64,000 nucleotides of DNA from Chloroflexota bacterium (GTDB taxonomy: Bacteria > Chloroflexota > Anaerolineae > Anaerolineales > Villigracilaceae), in NCBI GenBank assembly GCA_021787595.1, contig JAJYLQ010000003.1, positions 80,852-144,851 on the forward strand, given 5' to 3'. The notes under the pieces were generated by a model. It was not told the DNA's origin and ran no database searches. It saw only the letters and a program-made list of their open reading frames with translations. Below are positions 28,276-37,966 of this stretch, piece after piece. The position numbers and the translations under genes were made by a program. How positions within the stretch are numbered: the first letter of the stretch is position 1; each line of letters opens with the position of its first letter.

Positions 28276-29364
28276 TCAAGTCGGTCCTTGCCGTAACCAA
28301 GAATAACGGGACTCACAGGGAATCGTTTGCAATAAAAAATCACGGATTGACCCCGCCGATTGCTCCCAGGTTGGGAATCGCTCGAATCGCCTGCGCGCGC
28401 CGAGCGAGAGATGCGTGAGCAATCCGCGGTTCGACGCAAGCTCCTGTAAATGTTTTGCCAGCGTTTTCGAATCGCCGGGATTGATCAGGAATCCATTTTC
28501 GCCATCTGTAATCAGTTGGGGAATCGCACCTGCTGCCGTGCCAATGGCAGGTAAACCGAAAGCCATCGCTTCAAGAAACGCAATCCCAAAGCCTTCGTAA
28601 AATGACGGAATAACCAGAACCTGCGCCCGCTGAACTTTTTCGACAAGCGCTTCGCCATCGAGAATGCCATGAAAATGGACGGTGGACCGTAGACCGTGGA
28701 CAATAACAAATTGCTCCATCTCGTCGGCATATTTTGAATCAACGGTCGTCGAACCAACTACATCAACGCTAACTGCTGACTGCGGAAAACTGATTGCTTC
28801 AAGCAATACATGCAGCCCTTTGAGTGGCGTGACATTGGCGAGGAACAACAAACGCAAAGGTCCGGGTTCGGTTGCCCGTTGGCGAATCCGCTCCGGCGTC
28901 AACGCGCCGAGGCGGTCGCCGCCGGGCGTGGCAATGACATGCGGTTTGTCATCCGCTGTCAGCGCATGGACCGTGTCGCGCGTTGTGTTGGAGTTGAAGA
29001 TGAAACCGTCTACCGACTTGAAATATCGTTTTTCGATTTGACGATAAACGGCATTTTGCCACGCGGGTCTTTTTTCGGACGAATGCAGGTTGTGGACAAT
29101 ACTTATAACCGGGCAAGGATGGGGCTGCGAATTGGCGGCAAGCAAAGACGGATGGTTAAGTTCATCTTCGATCAATACATCGAAACCGGATGGAAGCCGG
29201 AAACGAAAATTGTCCATGAGGTGGGAAACGTAATTTCGCCAGGGCAAAGGAATGATCTCGACGGTGTCGCCCTGCCCGCGAAGATATTCGACCAGTTTGC
29301 GGTCGTAAAGATAGCCGCCGCTCATCGTGTCCAATGAGCCGTAAACAATCAAGCCGATTTTCAT
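28276..29364 (-). CDS. GT4-family (GT-B) glycosyltransferase
   Basis: MKIGLIVYGSLDTMSGG start. C-terminal EGFGIAFLEAMAFGLPAIGT motif typical of GT4. Confidence 0.8.
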   Translation of the reverse strand: MKIGLIVYGSLDTMSGGYLYDRKLVEYLRGQGDTVEIIPLPWRNYVSHLMDNFRFRLPSGFDVLIEDELNHPSLLAANSQPHPCPVISIVHNLHSSEKRPAWQNAVYRQIEKRYFKSVDGFIFNSNTTRDTVHALTADDKPHVIATPGGDRLGALTPERIRQRATEPGPLRLLFLANVTPLKGLHVLLEAISFPQSAVSVDVVGSTTVDSKYADEMEQFVIVHGLRSTVHFHGILDGEALVEKVQRAQVLVIPSFYEGFGIAFLEAMAFGLPAIGTAAGAIPQLITDGENGFLINPGDSKTLAKHLQELASNRGLLTHLSLGARRRFERFPTWEQSAGSIRDFLLQTIPCESRYSWLRQGPT

Positions 29365-29366
29365 CG

Positions 29367-29450
29367 AGTTGAAAAGTTTGAAGGTTGGAAAGTCAGAACG
29401 TTGAAAAGTTAGAAAGCTTGCAAACCTGCTAACCTTCCAACCTTTGAACT
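29367..29450. repeat. Family-C low-complexity palindromic repeat (GTTTGAAGGTTGGAAAG-type units)
   Basis: Units of TTGAAAG/TTGGAAAG and their complements. Related copies at 44816, 63040 and 63658. Confidence 0.6.
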
Positions 29451-29815
29451 GTGTAAGCTGCCCATGCGAAATCGTTTTCCCACAAGACCACACGCAGAGT
29501 CGAAATGTTTTCGGCTTGGATGCGCTCGCTCAAAGAGGTTGCCAAAATGCGCGCGAAATGTTCAAGCGATGGATTCAAACCTTTGAATTCCTCCAGTTCG
29601 TTCAGCATGTTTTCTTTGTAATGATGAACGACTTCGTCCAAATGTTTTTCGACCTCTACAATGTCAACGAGATAGCCGTGCTGGTCAAGTTCTTTGCCTT
29701 CGAGTTGTAATTCGAGCACATAATGATGCGAGTGGGGAAGATTTTCCAATCCCCAATCGCCGCCGATCAAAAAATGGCGGGCAATGAAATCACGTCGAAC
29801 GGCGAGTGTGTACAT
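29429..29815 (-). CDS. 6-pyruvoyl-tetrahydropterin synthase / QueD-family protein
   Basis: 128 aa. RRDFIARHFL ... HSHHYVLEL, typical of the PTPS/QueD fold. Confidence 0.7.
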   Translation of the reverse strand: MYTLAVRRDFIARHFLIGGDWGLENLPHSHHYVLELQLEGKELDQHGYLVDIVEVEKHLDEVVHHYKENMLNELEEFKGLNPSLEHFARILATSLSERIQAENISTLRVVLWENDFAWAAYTVQRLEG

Positions 29816-29820
29816 AGAAG

Positions 29821-29872
29821 TGTTCCAGTGTCAGGTGTCAAGTGCCAGGTGTCAGGTAGCAAGCGTCAGGTT
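29821..29872. repeat. Family-D short-unit repeat (TGTCAGGTGTCAAGTG-type)
   Basis: Reiterated GTGTCAGGT/GTCAAGT units. A related tract lies at 53011-53087. Confidence 0.5.
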
Positions 29873-30882
29873 TGGTGATCGAAGATGACTTGGATTGCGT
29901 CTTCGGGAGAGCGATCTAGAAGTTGATAGGCTCGCGTGGCTTGATTTATGTTGAAACGATGTGTGATCCATTTCTCCGGCCTAGTTCGTTTGAGCGCGTT
30001 CCAGGCCGTTTCAAACCTGCGGGCTTTGTCCCAGCGCCCGGACAGTTCCGGCGCGATGGTGCTGACTTGCGAGGAGATTAGTCTGATGCGCGAACGATGA
30101 AATGCGCCGCCCAAATTCAATGCCGTGCGTTTCTCTCCGTACCACGAGCCGATGACGATTCGCCCGCTGAAGGTTGTGAGGACGATGGCATCGTCCAACG
30201 CGGAGGGCGAGCCGGAGAGTTCGAAGGTCAGGTCCGCACCGTTTTTCAAATACGCGCTGGCTTGATCGCGGAAGTCATTTGCCGCGGGATCGAGTGAATT
30301 GGATACGCCGAGCGCAAATGACGCTACGCGACGCAGCTCGTAACAATCCGCAGTGACAAGCGTTTCTATTGGAAATTCGCGGAGCAGGGCAGTTGTCAAA
30401 AGCCCGATGACGCCCTGACCAAAGACCATTACGCGTTCGCCGAAAATCGGCGCGGCATCCTGGACCAAGTTGACAGCCGTTTCCATGTTGGGAAGGAAAC
30501 ACGCCGATTCACAGGAAATGGATTCAGGGATTGGAAGCAAACAATCGGTCGTTGTGATGAAGTGGGATGTGTGCGGTTGAAAAGAAAAGATAAGCCTGTC
30601 TTTCCAACTTTTATCAATCGCCCTCCCAACATCAATCACTTTTCCGACAACTGCATAGCCATACGCCAGCGGGTACTTGAAGTCGCCGCGCAAGGCTGAG
30701 ATAACGGAATCCGTTTCAACGTCACGCGGGAAGCGGCCCTGGTAGATCAGCATCTCGGTCCCCGCGCTGATCGCGGAACAAATCGTCTCGACCAGGACTT
30801 CGTCCGCGCCGAGAGACGGCAGAGACTCCTCGCGAAGTTCCACTTGTCCCGGCGATGTAAAGTATATGGTTTTTCGTTTCAC
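29866..30882 (-). CDS. MDR-superfamily dehydrogenase (BchC-like subgroup, no obvious Cys zinc ligands)
   Basis: SAISAGTEMLIYQG replaces the GHE/Cys motif. Rossmann motif VFGQGVIGLL. Confidence 0.65.
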   Translation of the reverse strand: MKRKTIYFTSPGQVELREESLPSLGADEVLVETICSAISAGTEMLIYQGRFPRDVETDSVISALRGDFKYPLAYGYAVVGKVIDVGRAIDKSWKDRLIFSFQPHTSHFITTTDCLLPIPESISCESACFLPNMETAVNLVQDAAPIFGERVMVFGQGVIGLLTTALLREFPIETLVTADCYELRRVASFALGVSNSLDPAANDFRDQASAYLKNGADLTFELSGSPSALDDAIVLTTFSGRIVIGSWYGEKRTALNLGGAFHRSRIRLISSQVSTIAPELSGRWDKARRFETAWNALKRTRPEKWITHRFNINQATRAYQLLDRSPEDAIQVIFDHQT

Positions 30883-30914
30883 GTTTTTATTTTATCCCCG
30901 GCCTTCGTTTTTCT

Positions 30915-31295
30915 TTATGGCTTTTCCTGCCACAACAAAACGAGCAGAATGACTTCGATGACTTTGGCCGGGACGCCGTAAAGTGAATCGTGGCTGAAGA
31001 ACGGTACGCCTTGCGCGATCACATTCAGGCCGACCCAAATGACAAGCCAGGCGATGATCGTGATGATGATGTAAACGAACAACACCCACCAAACCAATTT
31101 ATGCCTTTGTTGAAAAAATGGGATGGGCAGAAAGAACGCACCGAGCAGCCCCAAATATCCAAGCCCGTTCAATGTAAACAGTGGATCAGGACCGCCCGGA
31201 AAAAGTATTTTGTCGAATGCCGCGCCCAAATGCAATAGCGCGGTTGCGAGTACGCCGATAAGGATCACGATTTGTTTCCCGGTAAGATTTTTCAT
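30915..31295 (-). CDS. Small 4-TM membrane protein, unknown function
   Basis: 126 aa with four hydrophobic helices. Lies in a co-directional cluster. Confidence 0.45.
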   Translation of the reverse strand: MKNLTGKQIVILIGVLATALLHLGAAFDKILFPGGPDPLFTLNGLGYLGLLGAFFLPIPFFQQRHKLVWWVLFVYIIITIIAWLVIWVGLNVIAQGVPFFSHDSLYGVPAKVIEVILLVLLWQEKP

Positions 31296-31347
31296 AAGAT
31301 CTCCTTTTCAACAATACGGCTAAAGAACGAGAAACGGATTGCTTATT

Positions 31348-32382
31348 TTACCTGCCAATCCTGTGACCTGCCAGAATCAATCCCAGGCCGCCGATGAGCA
31401 AGTCGCGGCCGCGCATCAACAACACAACGCTGATCGCAACCGGCGCGGCATAACCAAAAAATCCAAGTGCGAAAACCTGGCTGGCCTCCAGCGCGCCGAG
31501 TCCGCCGGGCAATGGCACGAGGAATGAAAGCCAGCCTGCCGTCCATGCCGCGGCGGTTTGCCAAAAGCGCAGGCCGACTTGCATCGAGACTGTGATTACG
31601 GCGTACTCGCCGACCATCCCGACCGCGGCAAGCAGCGAGACAAAAATCGCGGCGAGCAATGCGCGCGGATGACGCTGGCAAAATCGTCCGGCTAAACGTT
31701 CGGAGGCGCGAATGAAGCGGGTGATTTTTGAATCCTGTGGGACGGCTGGCAGCGCGCGTAAAAATGCGGACACTGGATATACTTTTTTATAGAGCAGGAG
31801 GATATGTATCAACGGCCACGCTACCAGTGCTGCCAGCCCGATCAGACTCATGAGAGGCGGGTCGCCGTTTCTCGAGAGAATCCCGGCGTGGACGATTGCC
31901 GTTAAACCGAAGGCCAGCAAAGCAAAGTTGGCGAGGAACTCGAGCAGTTTGTCCATCACGACGGTGGACGCGGCGCGCGTATACGTCAGCCCATGATTGC
32001 GCTGAAGATACAGGATTTGCAGCGGCTCGCCCCCGACCTGCGGACCGATCGTGAAGTAGCTGACTCCAAATACGGAAATGCGAACAGGGATCAATGGAAA
32101 ATATTTTACATGCTTGTTATCTGCATTGACGATGAACCACCAGCGTGCGGTAGTACACATGTAAATCAAGAGGTCCATGCTGAGGATGACGATGATCTGC
32201 CAGAGTTGAACTCGTTGGATGACCGCCCAGATTTCAAGCAGCGGCGCGTTGCGAAGGGCGGAATAAAGGAGGGCGATAAGCAGAAGAACTCCGATAAAAC
32301 GCAATGCCCTATCCCTTATCCCATTGAAGCGAGGGGAGAAGGGAAATGGGATAAGGGAGTCTTGCTTTCGATGCCGCTTCAC
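31348..32382 (-). CDS. UPF0104 / lysylphosphatidylglycerol-synthase-TM-region-like (flippase-like) membrane protein
   Basis: 344 aa polytopic. Gly-rich C-terminal helix PLPGGLGALE, typical of the family. Overlaps the upstream gene by 4 nt. Confidence 0.6.
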   Translation of the reverse strand: MKRHRKQDSLIPFPFSPRFNGIRDRALRFIGVLLLIALLYSALRNAPLLEIWAVIQRVQLWQIIVILSMDLLIYMCTTARWWFIVNADNKHVKYFPLIPVRISVFGVSYFTIGPQVGGEPLQILYLQRNHGLTYTRAASTVVMDKLLEFLANFALLAFGLTAIVHAGILSRNGDPPLMSLIGLAALVAWPLIHILLLYKKVYPVSAFLRALPAVPQDSKITRFIRASERLAGRFCQRHPRALLAAIFVSLLAAVGMVGEYAVITVSMQVGLRFWQTAAAWTAGWLSFLVPLPGGLGALEASQVFALGFFGYAAPVAISVVLLMRGRDLLIGGLGLILAGHRIGR

Positions 32383-33263
32383 AATGCGCTTGTCCCTGCC
32401 CCGGTTGGCGGATTCTCGATCAATCGTTTCATTTCCTTCAATACGGCTTGATGAACGACCTGCGTTTCCGTCGTGCCAAGTTCCTGGACAGTAATTGGTT
32501 TTCCGATTTGAATTTGAACCGTAACAGGTTTAATACCGGATAAGATTTGCACGATAAGCTGCAATGCTGAGGCGAGCAACTCGCGTTCGTCGCGCGTGCG
32601 TTTGATTTGGACGATGGGCAGGCGCGCGGTTCTTTTCCACACTACATTGCGGACGACGATTGGCAGGACCGATGTTTCGGACGCGAGGCGAAGAAAAACA
32701 CCAGCACTGTCGGTCCACACGTGTAAAGATTCGAGCGCGCCACCATAAACATCGGGATCAGGTTCAGTGTGACCTGCAGGAAAAGTCAGGATCGCTCCGC
32801 CATTCCGCAAATGCGCGCTGACATGTCGAACCAGCGCGACGCGTTCGGCTGCATCATCGGTTACATAAAAGAGTCGTTCACTTAAGTTGGGGAGCGATGA
32901 AAGAAATGGTCGATTCAATGCGATGGCACGTAAATCGTCGCGGCGCAGCGCGCAGAACAGCGCCAGTGTGTCAGTCATACCGGGATGATTGGATAAAGCC
33001 AATAGGGGACCGGCCGGCAGCCGGTCCGCGCCAAAGACCCGCACATCGCGGACGTAGTGCCGGGTTGCGCTGCGTGATGCATAAGCCAATCCGCCCGCGC
33101 CGATCATCGCATCGAAGTCAATGATTTGACTTGCAAACTTGCGCGCCGCGTTGCGAGATAAGAATCTCGTTGCGTTCGCAAGCCGATGACGATTCTGAAC
33201 CCCCAGAGCGTTGACGAGATCATCGAGATTGATTTGTGTCAGCGCGTCGATGGCGGCCGGCAT
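32379..33263 (-). CDS. PlsC-type acyltransferase
   Basis: NHPGMTD (HX4D) motif and FPAGHTE block. Confidence 0.7.
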   Translation of the reverse strand: MPAAIDALTQINLDDLVNALGVQNRHRLANATRFLSRNAARKFASQIIDFDAMIGAGGLAYASRSATRHYVRDVRVFGADRLPAGPLLALSNHPGMTDTLALFCALRRDDLRAIALNRPFLSSLPNLSERLFYVTDDAAERVALVRHVSAHLRNGGAILTFPAGHTEPDPDVYGGALESLHVWTDSAGVFLRLASETSVLPIVVRNVVWKRTARLPIVQIKRTRDERELLASALQLIVQILSGIKPVTVQIQIGKPITVQELGTTETQVVHQAVLKEMKRLIENPPTGAGTSAL

Positions 33264-33575
33264 CTACTCGGGTTCCATCGAGAACTCTAATGGATAGCCC
33301 GAAAGCCGCGCCGCAAAATGTGCTTCGTTGATTCGCCGCTGTGCTTCGGGCTTGGGCAGAGTCTGAACGTAGGCATTGCCGTTGACGTGCGCGGTGTACA
33401 TGATGTGGGCCGCGTTGGCGGTGGGAAGCAAAAAGATCGTGATCAGAATGTGGATGACGAAATCCATCGGCGTGACATCGTCGTTGTGGATAATGACTCG
33501 GTAAAGCGGCCCCTCTTCGGTTTGTTCCTGCTCATCGGGATGGATTTTTGGAACGGGCAGAGTTTTGGATGGCAT
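33264..33575 (-). CDS. clpS: ATP-dependent Clp protease adaptor ClpS
   Basis: YRVIIHNDDVTPMDFVIHIL core. I trimmed the ORF-track N-terminal extension to the ATG at 33575. Confidence 0.8.
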   Translation of the reverse strand: MPSKTLPVPKIHPDEQEQTEEGPLYRVIIHNDDVTPMDFVIHILITIFLLPTANAAHIMYTAHVNGNAYVQTLPKPEAQRRINEAHFAARLSGYPLEFSMEPE

Positions 33576-33673
33576 GAGGAGATTATAAGCCCGCCGCCCA
33601 CCCCACCCGTCACTGCGTGACTGCCGCGCGATCCCCAAATTCCCGGGAAATTTGGGGGGCAAGGATAGGCAAG

Positions 33674-34486
33674 TCAATTCAACTGTTTCATCTCTTCCTC
33701 GGTCAGGACAATATCGGCTGAATCGAGATTTTCCTTTTGATGTTTCGCATCGAATGACATCGGGATCGCGATGACACATGACTGATTGATTAACCATGCC
33801 AACGCGATTTGAAACGGCGACACATCATGCGCGCCCGCGATGGACTGCAAAGCTTTGCCAATGTTCAAGTGTCCCACGTCAACGGGAGAATAAGCGGTCA
33901 GAAGGATTCTGTTTTTCTGGCAATATTCGAGCATACCGTTCTTCACATACGAGCGATCCGACAAGCTGTATGGAACCTGATTCGTGATGATCGGCGTCTG
34001 CGATAATCCCTGCGCTTCCTTGAGAAGTTTGAGCTTGAAGTTGCTCACGCCGAGATGCTTCACCTTTCCGTCCCGGACAAGTTTATTGAGCGCGCGAAAA
34101 GTATCGGGAAGATTCATCCCGACCATCGGCCAGTGGATGAGATAAAGGTCAATATATTCCGTGCCGAGTCGGCGCAGGCTGGCTTCACAGGATCGCAGCA
34201 CGTCGCTGTAATGCAGATTGGACGGCTTGACCTTGGAGGTGATAAGCAGCCCTTCCCGCTTCTTCCCGGACTCGCGAACGGCGCGGCCGATCAATTCTTC
34301 CGCGTGGCCGTCAGCGTACATCTCTGCCGTGTCGAAGTGGGTATAGCCCAAGTCGAGGGCGGAACGTAATGCAGACAACGATTTGGCATCGCGCGAACGG
34401 TCGGCATACGTCCCGCCGCCGATGCTCCACGTGCCGAATCCGATTTTGGGAAGTGTGATGAGGTCGCGAAGGGTTTCGTATTTCAT
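33674..34486 (-). CDS. Aldo/keto reductase (copy 1)
   Basis: MKYETLRDLITLPKIGFGTW ... HFDTAEMY ... LIHWP. Paralogue of the next gene. Start taken from the ORF-track frame. Confidence 0.8.
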   Translation of the reverse strand: MKYETLRDLITLPKIGFGTWSIGGGTYADRSRDAKSLSALRSALDLGYTHFDTAEMYADGHAEELIGRAVRESGKKREGLLITSKVKPSNLHYSDVLRSCEASLRRLGTEYIDLYLIHWPMVGMNLPDTFRALNKLVRDGKVKHLGVSNFKLKLLKEAQGLSQTPIITNQVPYSLSDRSYVKNGMLEYCQKNRILLTAYSPVDVGHLNIGKALQSIAGAHDVSPFQIALAWLINQSCVIAIPMSFDAKHQKENLDSADIVLTEEEMKQLN

Positions 34487-34521
34487 GTCAATAAGGGAAA
34501 AGGGAGAGGGGATAAGGAATT

Positions 34522-35340
34522 TTATCGCAGTGCGTTGAGTTGTTCCATCTCGGATGGAGTCAACTGAATATCCGCCGCGTCGAGATTTTCCCTTTGATGT
34601 GTCGGATCGAAGGACATGGGGATGGCAATCACGCGCGGCTGGTTGACCAGCCATGCCAGCGCGATTTGATGAAGAGTCGCATGATGCGCTTCCGCAATAG
34701 ATTGAAGAGTTTGATTCGCCGCGATCCATCCGTGGCTGATGGGCGTATACGCCGTGACGAGAATATTATTTTGCTGGCAATATTCGAGAAGTCCGTTCTT
34801 TGCATACGGACGACGCGTGAGGCTGTACGGAACTTGGTCGGCGAGAATCGGTGTTTCGGAAAGCAACTGCGCTGCTTTAAGCAATTTCACATTGAAGTTG
34901 CTGACGCCGATGTGTTTGATTTTTCCTTCTTTGGCAAGTTGATTAAGCGCTCTGAACGTTTCCTTGAGCGGCACAAACGGATTGGGCCAATGGATCAGAT
35001 ACGAATCGATATAATCCGTTTGCAGTCGGCGCAGGCTGTTCTCGCAGGCGCGCAAAACCTTTTTATAAGTGAGCCGCGTCGGCCAGACTTTGGTTGTGAT
35101 GAAAAGGCTCGCGCGCTTCGTGTTTGCTTCGCGAGCCGCGCGTCCAATCAGTTCTTCAGCATGGCCGAAGGAATAAAAGTCCGCCGTGTCGAAATGGGTG
35201 TAGCCCAGTTCAAACGCGGAACGCAACGCCGAAAGATAAAATGAGTCGCGTGAACGACTCGCAAAAAGCCTGCCGCCAAGCTGCGCGGTGCCAAATCCGA
35301 TTTTGGGAATGCGAAGGTTGTTGATGGTTTCGTATTTCAT
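34522..35340 (-). CDS. Aldo/keto reductase (copy 2)
   Basis: MKYETINNLRIPKIGFGTA ... HFDTADFY ... LIHWP. Confidence 0.85.
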   Translation of the reverse strand: MKYETINNLRIPKIGFGTAQLGGRLFASRSRDSFYLSALRSAFELGYTHFDTADFYSFGHAEELIGRAAREANTKRASLFITTKVWPTRLTYKKVLRACENSLRRLQTDYIDSYLIHWPNPFVPLKETFRALNQLAKEGKIKHIGVSNFNVKLLKAAQLLSETPILADQVPYSLTRRPYAKNGLLEYCQQNNILVTAYTPISHGWIAANQTLQSIAEAHHATLHQIALAWLVNQPRVIAIPMSFDPTHQRENLDAADIQLTPSEMEQLNALR

Positions 35341-35357
35341 ATTGGAAATTATACATT

Positions 35358-36392
35358 TTAAACTTTCTTCATAACAACATCATAACTCAAGGGCCGGTCT
35401 ATTGTTTTCTCGACTCTCCAGCCTGTTTGAATCGTAAGCGCAGTAAATGCTTCCAGCCCGCGGAATTGAAGTGCCGCGCGGCTGCCCACGCCAGCCCCAT
35501 TCGCGATGCGGCCTAAATCGTCAGCGCGTGTAACTGAACCAGCAATGATCGCATCGGCTGGCGCGGTTTCATTTAGCGTTCGAAGGTTGCCGGTAATATC
35601 TTCGTCGGAACCATATTCAAACAATGCACCTTCGGATGAAGCTGCCATTACACAATTGGTATCGAATGATTTCAGCAGATTGCGTAATGGTGCTTGATCT
35701 GACCAATTATAAGAAATATGCTGAAAACTGATTTGCAATCTGTGCAATGGAGAATTCCCGGCAAGCAATGAGGCGAGAGCGCGTGAACCGAAATTCGCGC
35801 CAGCAGTATCGAGGTCAAGACTGTGGATGAAAATTTGTCGGTTGGCCAGCAGATCGGGCTGTGCTTTGCGAATCAGAATCAACGCGTTCAAGCTGTCCAT
35901 CGCCGAGCCGCCTCCGATGTTCAAAAGGTGAAGCGCTGCTTCTCGCCGCGCATTCAATGGCTCGATCAGCGCGTCGGCAAGAAGCTGGGCAATGTCTTGA
36001 AGTCGTAGGCGCATGTATACGCTGGCGGAGGAACCAGCAATCCTGCGATCAATGTCACCGAAAAAATCCTTGTTTAAGTTGTCGGCTCCAAGTTTCATCA
36101 TGTATGTATTCATGCCGCTCATATACGTTCCATCTGCGCCCATGAGTCCGCGCATGATAACGGAACGTCTGCGCATGAAGCGGAATATCAGATTGCGGAG
36201 AAACGCCGGAACTTTCTCCGGGTTCTTGACATCCCGAAGGTATTGTTGAAGAAGTGCGTCCAATCCGCTTTCATCGAGCGAGATTTGAAAGGCTGGATGC
36301 GTAACGTCAATGACCGGCAATTCGATGCCATCATCGGTCACTGCATAACAAATATTTGGCTTCTTGTCCTTCTCGGGGATTCTGGGTTGCAT
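35358..36392 (-). CDS. Hypothetical protein, possible class-I SAM-methyltransferase fold
   Basis: LLNIGGGSAMD resembles SAM motif I. No other family signature recognised. Confidence 0.3.
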   Translation of the reverse strand: MQPRIPEKDKKPNICYAVTDDGIELPVIDVTHPAFQISLDESGLDALLQQYLRDVKNPEKVPAFLRNLIFRFMRRRSVIMRGLMGADGTYMSGMNTYMMKLGADNLNKDFFGDIDRRIAGSSASVYMRLRLQDIAQLLADALIEPLNARREAALHLLNIGGGSAMDSLNALILIRKAQPDLLANRQIFIHSLDLDTAGANFGSRALASLLAGNSPLHRLQISFQHISYNWSDQAPLRNLLKSFDTNCVMAASSEGALFEYGSDEDITGNLRTLNETAPADAIIAGSVTRADDLGRIANGAGVGSRAALQFRGLEAFTALTIQTGWRVEKTIDRPLSYDVVMKKV

Positions 36393-36549
36393 AAACGCTC
36401 CTAAAGTTTGACTTTTCCTAGGGTGATCGGAAAAGATTCTATATCACGTTTTGAAGAACGCCGTCAAGCGCTTCTACTCTTGACAATTCCTCTTTATTCA
36501 TTTTTTAAGGCCCGCCTTTGAAGCGGGCTTCATGATTGTTTGACTTTTT

Positions 36550-37026
36550 TCAACTTATAAATTCAGGGTACGTTTTGACGATCTCGCCGTATTCTTTGGC
36601 TGCCGCGTCCCAGCTACGGACGCCGGTGGTGATCTCCAAATCGAGCTTGAGCAATTCGCCCACGCATTGATTGCCCTGTGTGAGCCGGTCACCGAATTGC
36701 TTCTTGAACATACTGCTGATCGTCGCGATAAATCCAAACACCGCGACGAGCGCACAGGCCAGTTTCCAGCCGCCATCATCTACTTGTGCTGCGGCTTGCG
36801 GGAACATTTGATTTCCACCAATCACAGTGGCAAGCGCCGCCAGCAGGGTCGCGGCGGCAGGCGAAACGACATTTGCCGTGAAGAGCTGCGAATCTCTTCG
36901 ACGAAGCGCGTCCGTTTTTTGTTTGGCAGTGTTCAAGCTGGCTTTGACTGATCCCGCGAGCGCGGCATGATCCACGGGATGATGCGCCGCGTTTTTATCC
37001 GTTCTTGTTGATTTATCGTCAGCCAT
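36550..37026 (-). CDS. Small 2-TM protein, unknown function
   Basis: GGAGG RBS 5 nt before the ATG at 37026. Two central hydrophobic helices and a charged C-terminal helix. Confidence 0.4.
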   Translation of the reverse strand: MADDKSTRTDKNAAHHPVDHAALAGSVKASLNTAKQKTDALRRRDSQLFTANVVSPAAATLLAALATVIGGNQMFPQAAAQVDDGGWKLACALVAVFGFIATISSMFKKQFGDRLTQGNQCVGELLKLDLEITTGVRSWDAAAKEYGEIVKTYPEFIS

Positions 37027-37050
37027 AAACACCTCCGATTGATTTTCAAA

Positions 37051-37145
37051 ATGTCATTGCGAGTGGCGCAGGGCGCCGCGTGGCAATTTCCTATTTGAAG
37101 GTTACCTGAGATTGCCGCGCTCCCTTTGGTCGCTCGCAATGACAT
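37051..37145. repeat. Family-A palindromic repeat
   Basis: ATGTCATTGCGAGTGGCGCAGGGCGCCGCGTGGCAATTTC ... GAGATTGCCGCG...CTCGCAATGACAT. Confidence 0.8.
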
Positions 37146-37197
37146 GCCATAGCGGAAAATTTTGCCAACTATACATCAAGTTTCCAGACACGGCAAC

Positions 37198-37227
37198 ATA
37201 AAAGCCCGCCTCCTTGTGGAAACGGGC
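37198..37227 (-). terminator. Rho-independent terminator of the oor/kor operon
   Basis: On the minus strand, GCCCGUUUCC-ACAA-GGAGGCGGGC (two G-U pairs) followed by UUUUAUG. Confidence 0.6.
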
Positions 37228-37285
37228 CTGGTCTCGGGTTTCGATATGTGGCTCCTGAGGCGCCACTACTCGACCACCAAACGTC

Positions 37286-37855
37286 TTACTGCTTACTGAA
37301 CACTGCCTGCTGATTACTGCGCTTCGCCGCTTCAAATCCGCTCTTGAGCGCTTCGTAATTTTTGGGCAGCAGGTTTTTATGACGCTCCGGCAAATGCGCG
37401 GCAAGCGCCCTTTCGACATCCTGGATGCTCAACTCAGGCAAAGCCGTCAACAGCGCGCCGACCGCGACCATGTTCGTCAGCCGTTTGTCGCCGATCTCCT
37501 CGGCGATCTCGTTGCATGGCACAAGCAGGACGTTGATATCGTCGCGCTTGGCGCCGCGGTCTACCATGGATTGGTTCACGACCAGCGTCCCGCCTTTTTG
37601 AAGCAGGCCCTCATATTTGTCGAACGACGGCAGGTTTAGCGCGATGGCCAGCGGCGGATTTTTTACTAACGGTGAACCGATCTCATCGTCCGCTATGACG
37701 ACCGTGCAGTTGGCCGTCCCGCCTCGCATTTCCGGACCGTAAGACGGAAACCACGTAACTTCTTTGCCCGCGTCCATGGCGGCGTATGCCACCACCTGTC
37801 CGCCGAAAAGCACGCCCTGTCCGCCAAAACCAGCGATGATGATTTCTTTTTGCAT
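37286..37855 (-). CDS. korC: 2-oxoacid:ferredoxin oxidoreductase gamma subunit
   Basis: [17 protein letters not shown]-terminus. About 189 aa, last gene of the delta-alpha-beta-gamma order. Confidence 0.85.
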   Translation of the reverse strand: MQKEIIIAGFGGQGVLFGGQVVAYAAMDAGKEVTWFPSYGPEMRGGTANCTVVIADDEIGSPLVKNPPLAIALNLPSFDKYEGLLQKGGTLVVNQSMVDRGAKRDDINVLLVPCNEIAEEIGDKRLTNMVAVGALLTALPELSIQDVERALAAHLPERHKNLLPKNYEALKSGFEAAKRSNQQAVFSKQ

Positions 37856-37860
37856 AAGTC

Positions 37861-37965
37861 GCTTCGCTCCTAATCATGGTTGATGGAGAATGGTTAATGG
37901 TTAATGGAACATGGTTAATGGTGTAATGAAAACCATGATCCATCAACCATGATCCATTAACCATC
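37861..37965. repeat. Family-E palindromic repeat (ATGGTTAATGG units)
   Basis: ATCATGGTTGATGGA ... TCCATCAACCATGAT, with reiterated ATGGTTAATGG. Fills the korB-korC junction. Confidence 0.7.
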
Positions 37966-37966
37966 A

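Noticed and set aside
26973-28439. Long N-terminal extensions in the ORF track, for example 26973-28439, 33264-33797, 33674-34729, 28276-29493, 49773-51239 and 57964-58950.
   Set aside because: The extensions overlap neighbouring genes or repeats, are Arg/Ser-rich with no motifs, and are followed by internal starts with RBS and family-typical N-termini or signal peptides. I trimmed them.
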